Of a stretch of DNA of 64,000 bases, positions 10,802 to 20,398 are shown in pieces. Position 1 is the stretch's first letter; the number at the start of each line of letters is the position of its first letter. The notes beneath the pieces are model-generated. The model made no database searches. It was not told the DNA's origin and saw nothing but the letters and a program-made list of their open reading frames with translations. Origin of the DNA: Caldicellulosiruptoraceae bacterium PP1 (lineage in GTDB: Bacteria; Bacillota; Thermoanaerobacteria; Caldicellulosiruptorales; Caldicellulosiruptoraceae). A program made the translations under genes and the position numbers. The stretch covers positions 21,618 to 85,617 of the forward strand of contig JBGGOQ010000002.1 of assembly GCA_041320695.1 (NCBI GenBank), written 5' to 3'.

Positions 10802-10840
10802 AAGGACTTATAAGTAAATAAACTTATAGGTCCTTTTTTC
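10802..10840. terminator. bidirectional terminator hairpin between convergent genes
   Basis: AAGGACTTATAAG ... CTTATAGGTCCTT followed by TTTTTTC. Confidence 0.45.
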
Positions 10841-11271
10841 TATCCTAACGCTACCAATATAGTTCCAACTGCAATAAGAAAAACACCAATTGATCCTATT
10901 AGGCTTAACTTTTCACCTAAAAATATTACTGATAAAATAACAGCTAAAACAACACTCAATTTATCAACTGGGGCAACTTGCGATACCTTTCCATATTTTA
11001 AAGCAACAAAATAAAAAAGCCAAGACATTGCACCTGCTACACCACTCAAAATAATAAAACTCATGGTTTTTTTATTTTGTATAATTAATGGAATTTGATT
11101 TAATTTTCCTTGAAAAATAATAACTAATACTAAAAATATTGCCATAATAATAGCTCTAATTGCAGTAGCAGTATTAGCATCTATGCCTTTTAAGCCTATT
11201 TTGCCAAAGATAGATACTAATGCTGCTGAGGCTGCCGACAACAACGCAAAAACAAGCCACAGATAATTCAT
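10840..11271 (-). CDS. small EamA/DMT-superfamily membrane protein (4 TM)
   Basis: 143 aa, four hydrophobic helices, EamA-like half-transporter architecture. Confidence 0.55.
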   Translation of the reverse strand: MNYLWLVFALLSAASAALVSIFGKIGLKGIDANTATAIRAIIMAIFLVLVIIFQGKLNQIPLIIQNKKTMSFIILSGVAGAMSWLFYFVALKYGKVSQVAPVDKLSVVLAVILSVIFLGEKLSLIGSIGVFLIAVGTILVALG

Positions 11272-11332
11272 TTACAAATCCTCCAAAAACAACACATGTT
11301 ATTTATTTAATAATATTTTAAACCAAAATATA

Positions 11333-11361
11333 TTGTAATTAAAAAAATTTTTTAATATAAT
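11333..11361 (+). promoter_or_regulatory. sigma-A type promoter TTGTAA-17-TATAAT
   Basis: -35 at 11333-11338, 17-nt spacer, -10 at 11356-11361, about 125 nt upstream of the LacI-family gene. Confidence 0.4.
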
Positions 11362-11362
11362 A

Positions 11363-11398
11363 GTATAGAAAACAATTTCATGTTATCGTTTTCTATAC
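11363..11398. promoter_or_regulatory. candidate operator: 11-bp perfect inverted repeat GTATAGAAAAC-N14-GTTTTCTATAC
   Basis: Arms at 11363-11373 and 11388-11398, immediately downstream of the -10 box and overlapping the predicted transcription start. Confidence 0.4.
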
Positions 11399-11487
11399 TG
11401 AAAAAATATATTTTATAAAATAAATTAATACAATAAATTTATAAAATAAATTAACTAAATATTTAACAAAATCAAAGAGGTGTAAGA

Positions 11488-12516
11488 ATGGCAACAATTA
11501 AAGATGTAGCAAAACATGCAGGTGTATCTGTCACAACTGTTTCGAGAGTAATTAATAATTCTGCACCAGTTAATCAAGAAACAAAGCAAAGGGTATTAAA
11601 GGCTATTGAAGAATTAAACTTTTCACCAAGTATTATAGCTCAGGGATTAAGAACAAAAAGGTCAAAAACAATTGGGTTTTTAATGCCTGACTATTTAAAC
11701 CCATTTTATCATGAACTTTTAAAGTATCTTGAAGATGAAGCGAGAAAAGAAGGATATCATATATTACTTTCATCGACTGGTGATGACTATTCTTATGAGA
11801 TTAACTATATTAATGATTTAATAAATAGAAATATTGATGGAATTATTATATGTTCATACAGCGGTTCAGAGAATACAATAGATTATCTTCTTAATCTTTC
11901 TAAGAAAATGCCAGTAGTTTTTTTGGATAATATAAATGTTAGATCTTCAGTAAATGCAGTTTTCACAGATGGGTATAAAGGCATAAAGGAGGTTACTCAA
12001 CATCTTATAAAACTTGGGCATAGAAAAATTGCTTTTATAAAAGGACTTTCAAAATATAAGGTAGCAAACGACAGATTTTTAGGATTTATGGATGCATTAA
12101 AAGAAAATGAAATTCCTATTCTTAATGATTATATATTCGAAGGTGATTATAATATAAAAAGTGGCTATGAAGCTGCTCAATATTTCTTATCATTAAATAA
12201 CATTCCAACAGCAATTGTTTCTTCAACCGATCTTATGGCAATAGGTGCAATAAATTATATAAAATCAAAAGGGCTTGAAATTCCACAGGATATAGCTATT
12301 GCCGGTTTTGATGATATCTATTTAAGTAAAATAGTAAGCCCACCTCTAACTACATATAAGCAACCTATAAAGCAAATTGCAAAACAAACTATTAGTCTTT
12401 TTATTCACAAGCTCAACCACCCAAGATCAAAAAATAAACAAATAAAATTAGAGGGGCAGTTATTAATTCGATACTCAACAGATATTAATGCATCAAAAAT
12501 TGAGCTAATAGAGTAA
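11488..12516 (+). CDS. LacI-family transcriptional regulator
   Basis: N-terminal HTH (MATIKDVAKHAGVSVTTVSRVINN) and a periplasmic-binding-protein-like sugar-binding domain. RBS AGAGGTG. Confidence 0.85.
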   Translation: MATIKDVAKHAGVSVTTVSRVINNSAPVNQETKQRVLKAIEELNFSPSIIAQGLRTKRSKTIGFLMPDYLNPFYHELLKYLEDEARKEGYHILLSSTGDDYSYEINYINDLINRNIDGIIICSYSGSENTIDYLLNLSKKMPVVFLDNINVRSSVNAVFTDGYKGIKEVTQHLIKLGHRKIAFIKGLSKYKVANDRFLGFMDALKENEIPILNDYIFEGDYNIKSGYEAAQYFLSLNNIPTAIVSSTDLMAIGAINYIKSKGLEIPQDIAIAGFDDIYLSKIVSPPLTTYKQPIKQIAKQTISLFIHKLNHPRSKNKQIKLEGQLLIRYSTDINASKIELIE

Positions 12517-12548
12517 TTACAAAATATATTATTGAAAGAGGTGTTTTC

Positions 12549-14036
12549 ATGGGAAGTGTAAATTTTCTAGCATTTGATTTGGGTGCTAGTAGTGGAAGGG
12601 GTATGATAGGCAAATACGATGGAAGTAAGATACAGCTTGAAGAGATTCATCGATTTGAAAACCAACCTGTAAGTATTTTAGGAAGTATATATTGGGATGT
12701 TTTAAGGCTCTTTCATGAAATTAAACAAGGAATTCTAATTGTCAAAAATAGCTTTAGCCAAGAAATTAAATCGCTTGGTATTGACACTTGGGGGGTAGAC
12801 TTTGGATTATTAGATAATAATGGTAACCTGCTTATGAATCCATATCATTATAGAGATAGAAGAACTGAAGGAATGCTTGAAAAAGCAACAGAGTATGTAA
12901 GCCTTGATAAGATTTATAACAATACAGGCATTCAAATAATGAGAATAAATACCATATTTCAGTTACTTTCTATGAAAGAATATCACAATCATATCTTAGA
13001 AAAATGCTCCACATTATTGATGATGCCTGATTTATTAAACTATTTTTTAACAGGTATAAAATCAACAGAATACACCATTGCCTCAACAACAGAATTATTC
13101 AGTATGAAAGAAGGGAAATGGGCAGAAAATTTGATTGAGAAATTTAAATTACCTATTAACATTTTCATCAATACAGTTATGCCAGGTACTGTATTAGGTA
13201 ATATATCTAAAAGTGTCTCTGAAGAGTTTGGACAATATATTAATTTTCCTGTTGTTTCTGTTGCATCTCATGATACTGCTTCTGCTATTGCAGCAATACC
13301 AGTAATTGATGAAAAAGATTATGCATATATAAGTTCAGGTACATGGTCATTAATGGGTGTAGAAATTGAAAAGCCTATTATAAATCAAAAAACATTTAAT
13401 AAAAACTTTACTAACGAAGGTGGTGTTAACAATACAATAAGATTTCTTAAGAATATTATGGGGCTTTGGCTGATACAGGAATGTAAAAGGCAGTGGGAGA
13501 GAGAAGGAGAAAAAATAAGCTATTCTGATTTTGACATGCTTGCTTCAAGTGCAACGCCTTTAAAGGCCTTCATAAATGTAGATTATTCTAATTTTGAAAC
13601 ACCTGGTAACATGCCAAAAAGAATTATTGAATATGTAAAAAATACTAATCAACCATTATTGGAAACTAAAGGTGAGATTATAAGATGTATAAAAGAAAGC
13701 CTTGCTTTTAAATATAGAAGTACAATAGAAGATATTGAAGAAATATTAGGCAAAAAATTAAATGTAGTACATATAATAGGTGGTGGTATTAAGGATAAAA
13801 TGTTATGTCAATTTACTGCAAATGCTACTAAGAAAACAGTTATTGCAGGCCCTGTTGAGGCAACATCACTTGGAAATATATTGCTACAAGCAATAGCACT
13901 AAAAGAAATAAAAGATATAAATGAGGCGAGGCAGGTTGTGAAAGACTCAATAGAATTAGAAATCTATACACCTAAAGATACTGAAGATTGGGACTGTGCC
14001 TATGAAAAATACCAAAAAGTAATTAACTTAAAGTGA
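12549..14036 (+). CDS. rhaB: rhamnulokinase (FGGY sugar kinase family)
   Basis: 495 aa. N-terminal FGGY motif [16 protein letters not shown] and EEIHRF resemble RhaB. Sits immediately upstream of rhaA. Confidence 0.7.
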   Translation: MGSVNFLAFDLGASSGRGMIGKYDGSKIQLEEIHRFENQPVSILGSIYWDVLRLFHEIKQGILIVKNSFSQEIKSLGIDTWGVDFGLLDNNGNLLMNPYHYRDRRTEGMLEKATEYVSLDKIYNNTGIQIMRINTIFQLLSMKEYHNHILEKCSTLLMMPDLLNYFLTGIKSTEYTIASTTELFSMKEGKWAENLIEKFKLPINIFINTVMPGTVLGNISKSVSEEFGQYINFPVVSVASHDTASAIAAIPVIDEKDYAYISSGTWSLMGVEIEKPIINQKTFNKNFTNEGGVNNTIRFLKNIMGLWLIQECKRQWEREGEKISYSDFDMLASSATPLKAFINVDYSNFETPGNMPKRIIEYVKNTNQPLLETKGEIIRCIKESLAFKYRSTIEDIEEILGKKLNVVHIIGGGIKDKMLCQFTANATKKTVIAGPVEATSLGNILLQAIALKEIKDINEARQVVKDSIELEIYTPKDTEDWDCAYEKYQKVINLK

Positions 14037-14046
14037 GGGAGAAAAA

Positions 14047-15315
14047 ATGGGAAAAGAAAAAAATGTTATTGAAAACTACAAATACGCAAAAGAGGCATAT
14101 TCAAAATGGGGCATTGATACAGATAAAGTGATTGAAAAGCTAAAAGATATTTCAATATCAATTCAATGCTGGCAAGGCGATGATGTAACAGGTTTTGAGA
14201 ATATTGGTGTAAATCTAAGTGGTGGCATACAGGTTACAGGTAATTATATAGGAAAAGCCAGAAATCCACAAGAATTAAGACAAGACCTTGATAAAGCTCT
14301 TTCTCTAATCCCTGGAAAGCACAAAGTAAACCTACATGCAATATATCTTGAATCAGATGGCGAAAAAGTTGATAGAAATGAAATAAAACCTGAACATTTT
14401 AAAAATTGGGTAAGTTGGGCTAAGGGAAAAGGTATTGGGCTTGATTTCAACCCTACATTTTTTTCACATCCAAAAAGTAGAGATGGTTTGACGCTAAGCC
14501 ATCCAAAAAAAGAGATAAGGGACTTTTGGATTGAACATGGAAAGGCTTGTAGGAGAATAGGTGAATACTTTGGTAAAGAATTAAATAAAACATGTATAAC
14601 AAATATATGGATACCAGATGGATACAAAGATACTCCAATTGACAGATTATCACCGAGAGAAAGATTAAAAGAGGCATTAGATGAAATACTAAAAGAGGAA
14701 ATATCAAAAGAATACAATATTGACTCGGTTGAAAGTAAACTTTTTGGAATTGGATCAGAAAGCTATGTGGTAGGTTCGCATGAATTTTACATGGGTTATG
14801 CAATTAAAAACAATGTAATGCTTACACTTGATAGTGGACATTTTCATCCAACAGAATCAATAGCAGACAAGATATCATCTATTCTATGCTATATTGATAA
14901 AATCCTTTTGCATGTAAGTAGACCTGTAAGATGGGATAGCGACCATGTTGTTATATTTGATGATGAACTAAATGCCATTATGAGCCAAGTAGTAAGAGGG
15001 AATTTTGAGGATAGAGTATATATTGCACTTGATTATTTTGATGCAAGCATTAATAGAATTGCTGCTTGGGTAATTGGAGCAAGAAACACATTAAAAGCCT
15101 TACTAAGAGCATTATTAGAGCCAACAGAGCTACTAAAACAATATGAATTAGATGGTGATTTTACGTCAAGACTTGCACTATTAGAGGAATTTAAAACATA
15201 TCCATTTTCAGCAGTATGGGACTATTACTGTTTAGAACAAGATGTTCCAATACAAGAAAAGTGGCTTGAAGAGGTCAAAAAATATGAGCAAGATGTTCTA
15301 TCTAAAAGAGTATAA
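14047..15315 (+). CDS. rhaA: L-rhamnose isomerase
   Basis: 422 aa. N-terminal ...[39 protein letters not shown] closely matches the RhaA signature. Metal-binding residues in a TIM-barrel region. Confidence 0.85.
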   Translation: MGKEKNVIENYKYAKEAYSKWGIDTDKVIEKLKDISISIQCWQGDDVTGFENIGVNLSGGIQVTGNYIGKARNPQELRQDLDKALSLIPGKHKVNLHAIYLESDGEKVDRNEIKPEHFKNWVSWAKGKGIGLDFNPTFFSHPKSRDGLTLSHPKKEIRDFWIEHGKACRRIGEYFGKELNKTCITNIWIPDGYKDTPIDRLSPRERLKEALDEILKEEISKEYNIDSVESKLFGIGSESYVVGSHEFYMGYAIKNNVMLTLDSGHFHPTESIADKISSILCYIDKILLHVSRPVRWDSDHVVIFDDELNAIMSQVVRGNFEDRVYIALDYFDASINRIAAWVIGARNTLKALLRALLEPTELLKQYELDGDFTSRLALLEEFKTYPFSAVWDYYCLEQDVPIQEKWLEEVKKYEQDVLSKRV

Positions 15316-15364
15316 TAAATGTATATAAATGTTAAAAATCTGATAGAAAGGGTGTAAAATTTAC

Positions 15365-16033
15365 ATGAAGTATATAGAACTAAGAGAGCAAATTTGTGAT
15401 ATTGGTAAAAGAATATACAACAAAGGCTTTGTTGCTGCAAATGATGGTAATATTTCCATAAGAATATCTGAAAATGAGGTTTTGTCTACCCCAACAGGTG
15501 TTAGCAAGGGATTTATGAAACCTGAGATGTTGATTATTACAGATATGCAAGGCAATTTAATTGAAGGTGAACTAAAACCAACATCAGAATTAAAAATGCA
15601 TTTGCAGGTATACAGAGAAAGAGAAGATGTAAACTCAGTAGTTCATGCACATCCACCCTATGCAACAACATTTGCTGTATTAGGTAAACCACTTACAAAG
15701 CCTATAATGCCTGAGGCAATTTTATTCCTTGGCTATGTTCCTGTTGTAGAATATGGAACACCTTCAACAAAAGAGATACCAGAAAAACTTTCAAAGTATC
15801 TTCATGAATTTGATGCTTTTTTGCTTGAAAACCATGGGGCTTTGACAGTAGGAGAAAACTTAGAAAAGGCATATTTTAAAATGGAATCAATGGAGTTTTA
15901 TGCACAAGTTCTTTATCTTTCTGAAAGTATTGGTAAGCCTCAAGAGATTTCCCAAGAGAATATAGACAAGTTAATTGAATTAAGAAAAAGCTTTAACATA
16001 AAAGGTAAATATCCTGGAATTTATAAGAAATAA
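15365..16033 (+). CDS. class II aldolase/adducin-family protein, probably rhamnulose-1-phosphate aldolase
   Basis: 222 aa. Zinc-binding His motif region (VVHAHPPYATTFAV). Gene context with rhaB and rhaA supports the assignment. Confidence 0.6.
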   Translation: MKYIELREQICDIGKRIYNKGFVAANDGNISIRISENEVLSTPTGVSKGFMKPEMLIITDMQGNLIEGELKPTSELKMHLQVYREREDVNSVVHAHPPYATTFAVLGKPLTKPIMPEAILFLGYVPVVEYGTPSTKEIPEKLSKYLHEFDAFLLENHGALTVGENLEKAYFKMESMEFYAQVLYLSESIGKPQEISQENIDKLIELRKSFNIKGKYPGIYKK

Positions 16034-16048
16034 AATGGGGTGAGAGAT

Positions 16049-18703
16049 ATGAGTATAAAAGTATGTAATTTAAAATGTGAATATAAAAAGAACCCTATTG
16101 GTATTGATACAAAAAATCCAAGGTTTTTCTGGCAAATTGAATCAGATAAACTAAATTGCTTACAAACTGCTTATCATATTATTGTATCAAGAGATATGAA
16201 CTTTAATGATATTGTTTGGGACTCATCTAAAGTATACTCAGATGAGTCAATACATGTCGAATATAAAGGCAAAGAATTACAACCAAGAACAAGATACTAT
16301 TATAAAGTAAAGGTATGGGATAATAACCAAAACCAATCAGAATGGAGCAATATAAGTTTTTTTGAAACAGGGCTTTTAGATAACAGTGCATGGATTGCTG
16401 AATGGATTACAGTAGATGAAAGCCATATAAATGTAGAATCATGTCCATACTTTAGAAAGGAATTTAAAACATCTAAGAAAGTCAGAAATGCAAGGGTTTA
16501 TATAACTTCATGCGGATTATATGAACTTTATCTAAATGGTAAAAGGTGTGGTGATTATTATTTTACTCCAGGATGGACAAGTTACAAGAAAAGGGTGCAA
16601 TATCAGACATATGATGTAACTGAGCTTATAAATGAGGAAAATGCAATAGGAGTTATTTTAGGGCCAGGCTGGTACAAAGGTAATATTGGTTTTGGTGGGC
16701 AAAGGAATTTTTATGGAGATAGATTAGCACTACTCTTTCAAATGCATATTGAATATCAAGATGGCACAGAAGATATAATTACCTCTGATAATACATGGAA
16801 GTATTCATTTGGTCCTATTCTACTTTCAGAAATATACCATGGTGAAAGGTATGATGCAAATCTTGAACTTATAGGTTGGGATAAAGTACATTATAATGAT
16901 AGTACATGGGAATGTGCTAAGTTGTATAATTATCCTAAAAATCATATTATTGCACATGAAGGTGCTTTTGTTAGAAAGATTGAAGAGATAAAACCTGTTG
17001 AGTTTATTATAACTCCGAAAGGAGAAAGAGTTATTGATTTTGGTCAGAACATGGTTGGATGGGTTAGATTTAAAGCTACTGGTAATAAAGGGGATAAGGT
17101 TATTATTAAACATGCTGAGGTTTTAGACAAAGAAGGTAATTTTTACACCACTAATTTACGAAGTGCAAAACAAACCATAGAATATATTCTAAAAGGAGAA
17201 GATTATGAAGTATTTGAACCTCATTTTACTTTCCAAGGATTTAGATACATATTGTTAGAAGAATATCCAGGAGAAATTAATTTAGAAAACTTTACAGGAA
17301 TAGTTCTACATTCAGATATGGAGGAAACAGGGTATTTTGAATGTTCTAATGACTATATAAATAAACTTCAACATAATATAAAATGGGGCCAGAAAGGTAA
17401 CTTTTTAGATGTCCCAACTGATTGTCCACAGAGGGATGAAAGGCTTGGATGGGCAGGTGACTGCCAAGTATTTATTAATACTGCATGCTTTAATATGAAT
17501 ACTGCTTCATTCTTTACTAAGTGGCTTCATGATTTAAAAGCTGATCAACTTGCAAATGGTGGGATTCCGTATGTTATTCCTAATGTGCTCGAAGAAAGGG
17601 CACATTCTTCTGCAGCATGGGGAGATGCGGCAACAATTTGTCCTTGGACAATATATCTTTATTATGGAGATAAAAGACTACTTGAAGAACAATATGAAAG
17701 TATGAAAGCTTGGGTTGAATATATAAGAAATCAAGGCGATAATGAATACCTATGGAATACAGGTTTTCATTATGGAGATTGGTTAGGGCTTGATGCAAAG
17801 GAAGGGAGCTATATAGGAGCTACTCCAAAAGATTATATAGCAACAGCTTTTTATGCTTATTCTACTAAGATAGTTAGAGATGCTGCATTAATATTAGGGA
17901 AGGTAAATGAGGTCAGGGAATATAATAAACTGTTAAACAATATAGTAAATGAATTTAACAAAGAATTTGTTACACCAAATGGAAGACTTGCAGCTCCAAC
18001 GCAAACAGCCCATGTTCTTGCCCTTATGTTTGATTTAGTTGATGATAAGATAAAACCAAGGATTGCTAAAACATTAAATGATATGATTGTCGAAAATGAT
18101 TACCACTTGACTACCGGATTTGTTGGGACACCATATATTTGCCACGTACTTAGCGAATATGGATATCATGAAACAGCAGTTAAACTTCTATTGCAAGAAA
18201 GTTACCCATCATGGCTTTATCCAATTACAAAAGGAGCTACAACAATTTGGGAACATTGGGATGGAATAAAACCAGATGGTTCATTCTGGAGTGCAGATAT
18301 GAACTCCTTTAATCATTATGCTTATGGATCTATTGGTGACTGGATGTATAAGGTTTTAGCTGGAATTAATTATGATGATATAAAACCGGCATTTAAGCAT
18401 ATTAAAATTAATCCTAAAAACAGCTTTAAGTATTTTTCGTATATAAAATCTTCTTACAAATCTCTATATGGAATAGTTAAAGTAAATTGGGAAGTCTTAG
18501 ACCACAGTATAAAATTTTTCATTGAAATACCGGCAAATACATCTGCAGAAGTATTTTTACCTTTAGCTAAAATAGATACTTTATACAATGAGGAAAAAAT
18601 ACTTTTAAAAGATTTCTTTGGCAGTGAAATCTTCCAAGAAAATAATGGTGTAAGATTTAATATTGGGTCAGGTAAGTATTATTTTGAATACACTATAGAT
18701 TAA
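16049..18703 (+). CDS. alpha-L-rhamnosidase, glycoside hydrolase family 78
   Basis: About 884 aa. N-terminal ...KNPIGIDTKNPRFFWQ and central motifs (DCPQRDERLGWAGD, six-hairpin domain) are typical of GH78. ORF track offers a GTG at 16040, but the ATG at 16049 is better placed after GGGGTGAG. Confidence 0.8.
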   Translation: MSIKVCNLKCEYKKNPIGIDTKNPRFFWQIESDKLNCLQTAYHIIVSRDMNFNDIVWDSSKVYSDESIHVEYKGKELQPRTRYYYKVKVWDNNQNQSEWSNISFFETGLLDNSAWIAEWITVDESHINVESCPYFRKEFKTSKKVRNARVYITSCGLYELYLNGKRCGDYYFTPGWTSYKKRVQYQTYDVTELINEENAIGVILGPGWYKGNIGFGGQRNFYGDRLALLFQMHIEYQDGTEDIITSDNTWKYSFGPILLSEIYHGERYDANLELIGWDKVHYNDSTWECAKLYNYPKNHIIAHEGAFVRKIEEIKPVEFIITPKGERVIDFGQNMVGWVRFKATGNKGDKVIIKHAEVLDKEGNFYTTNLRSAKQTIEYILKGEDYEVFEPHFTFQGFRYILLEEYPGEINLENFTGIVLHSDMEETGYFECSNDYINKLQHNIKWGQKGNFLDVPTDCPQRDERLGWAGDCQVFINTACFNMNTASFFTKWLHDLKADQLANGGIPYVIPNVLEERAHSSAAWGDAATICPWTIYLYYGDKRLLEEQYESMKAWVEYIRNQGDNEYLWNTGFHYGDWLGLDAKEGSYIGATPKDYIATAFYAYSTKIVRDAALILGKVNEVREYNKLLNNIVNEFNKEFVTPNGRLAAPTQTAHVLALMFDLVDDKIKPRIAKTLNDMIVENDYHLTTGFVGTPYICHVLSEYGYHETAVKLLLQESYPSWLYPITKGATTIWEHWDGIKPDGSFWSADMNSFNHYAYGSIGDWMYKVLAGINYDDIKPAFKHIKINPKNSFKYFSYIKSSYKSLYGIVKVNWEVLDHSIKFFIEIPANTSAEVFLPLAKIDTLYNEEKILLKDFFGSEIFQENNGVRFNIGSGKYYFEYTID

Positions 18704-18712
18704 AAAATATGC

Positions 18713-18778
18713 CTCTTTATTCATTTGATAATGCACAAAAATTGTGCTAAAATATCAATAATAAAGAGGCTATTTTTG
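18713..18778 (+). terminator. nested-hairpin terminator or attenuator between the GH78 and GH5 genes
   Basis: 11-bp stem GCCTCTTTATT/AATAAAGAGGC encloses an inner hairpin GCACAaaaatTGTGC and is followed by TATTTTTG. Confidence 0.4.
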
Positions 18779-18802
18779 TAAAATAAAAAAGGAGGTAATG
18801 TT

Positions 18803-19837
18803 ATGGGTATAATGGAGATTTATCAAGCTGGTGTTAATTTGGGTGGTTGGATTTCACAGTATAGCAAGTTAGAACATGAACATTTTAAAAGCTTTATTAC
18901 AAAAAAAGATATTGAGCAAATTGCATCATGGGGAATGGACCATGTAAGGATACCATTTGATTATCCTGTTGTTGAAGATGATGAAAAACCTTATGAATAT
19001 AAAGAAGAAGGCTTTTTGTATATTGATAACTGTATTAGTTGGTGCAAAGAATATGGGCTTAATATTGTTCTTGATATGCACAAAGCTCCTGGATATAGTT
19101 TTGGAACTTTAGAAAGCAATACTTTATTTTCAGATGAAAGAATGCAAGATAGGTTTATTAAGCTATGGCAATTTATTGCTAAAAGGTATATAAATGAAAG
19201 AGATAATGTTATTTTTGAGTTATTAAATGAGGTAGTTGATTCTAATAGTGATAGGTGGAATAAATTAGCACAAAAGACTGTTGAGGCTATAAGAGAGATT
19301 GACAAAGATAGATATATTATTATTGGTGGAAATAATTATAACTCTGTATACGAGCTTAAAAATATCAATATATTAGATGATGACAAAATAATATATAACT
19401 TCCACTTCTATGAGCCATTTTTGTTTACACACCAAAAGGCTAGTTGGACAGAAATGACAAGACTTCTTAATCAAGAGCAACATTATCCAGGTAGATATGT
19501 TGGTATAAAAGAGTTTGCTGAAAAATATCCAAAATATGCTCATCTAAAAGAAATTGAGAATCAGATTATGGATATAAACCTACTTAAAAAACATCTTGAA
19601 CCGGCTGTTGAATTTATGAAAAGTACAAACAAACCTTTATACTGTGGTGAATATGGAGCAATTGACCATGCACCTTTACAAAGTAGAATAAATTGGCATA
19701 AAGATATTGTAGAGCTACTAAAAGAACTTAAAATAGGTAGGGCTTGTTGGTCATATAAATCAATGAATTTTGCATTGGTTGATAAAGACAGCAAAGTTGT
19801 TTCAGAAGAGTTAATCAAAATTGTAAGTAATAAATAA
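18803..19837 (+). CDS. glycoside hydrolase family 5 protein (cellulase family A-like), cytoplasmic
   Basis: 344 aa with no signal peptide. GH5-like acid/base region (IIFELLNEV) and nucleophile region (LYCGEYGA). RBS AGGAGG lies 7 nt upstream of ATG. Confidence 0.65.
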   Translation: MGIMEIYQAGVNLGGWISQYSKLEHEHFKSFITKKDIEQIASWGMDHVRIPFDYPVVEDDEKPYEYKEEGFLYIDNCISWCKEYGLNIVLDMHKAPGYSFGTLESNTLFSDERMQDRFIKLWQFIAKRYINERDNVIFELLNEVVDSNSDRWNKLAQKTVEAIREIDKDRYIIIGGNNYNSVYELKNINILDDDKIIYNFHFYEPFLFTHQKASWTEMTRLLNQEQHYPGRYVGIKEFAEKYPKYAHLKEIENQIMDINLLKKHLEPAVEFMKSTNKPLYCGEYGAIDHAPLQSRINWHKDIVELLKELKIGRACWSYKSMNFALVDKDSKVVSEELIKIVSNK

Positions 19838-19847
19838 TAATGATTTT

Positions 19848-19896
19848 AAAGACGATTTTGTTACTTTTTGTAGCTTAATCGTCTTTTCTTTTTTAT
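19848..19896 (+). terminator. intrinsic terminator
   Basis: AAAGACGATT ... AATCGTCTTT followed by TCTTTTTTAT. Confidence 0.55.
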
Positions 19897-20009
19897 AACA
19901 AATTAATACAAAAAAAGAGTATTAATTGGTTAACATAAAGTTTAAAATGGGTATAAATATTTAAAAAGGCTTTTTATAAATTATAAATAATTGGGAGGGG
20001 TCTTTTTTT

Positions 20010-20366
20010 ATGAAAAGAATTTTAATTGTTGATGATGCAGCATTTATTAGAGCATCATTGAGGCAACTTTTAGAGAAAAATGGTTTTGAAGTAGTCGGAG
20101 AGGCAAATGATGGTAATACTGGGGTATTAAAGTATTTTGAATTAAAACCTGATATTGTTCTTATGGATATAACAATGCCAAATATGAATGGTATTGATGC
20201 CATAAAAGAAATAAAAAAAGGTGACTCAAAAGCTAAGATAATTGTTGTTTCAGCAATGGGACAAGAATCGTTTGTGAAAGATGCAATATTGAGTGGAGCA
20301 ATAAATTTTATAGTAAAGCCTTATAAAGAAGAACATTTAATTATGGCATTGAATAAAATCAATTAG
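20010..20366 (+). CDS. cheY: chemotaxis response regulator CheY
   Basis: 118 aa single receiver domain with DD...D54 (LMDITMPNMNG)...K. Confidence 0.9.
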   Translation: MKRILIVDDAAFIRASLRQLLEKNGFEVVGEANDGNTGVLKYFELKPDIVLMDITMPNMNGIDAIKEIKKGDSKAKIIVVSAMGQESFVKDAILSGAINFIVKPYKEEHLIMALNKIN

Positions 20367-20398
20367 ATGTCTATAAATGTTTAAAAGGGGGACAGAGT

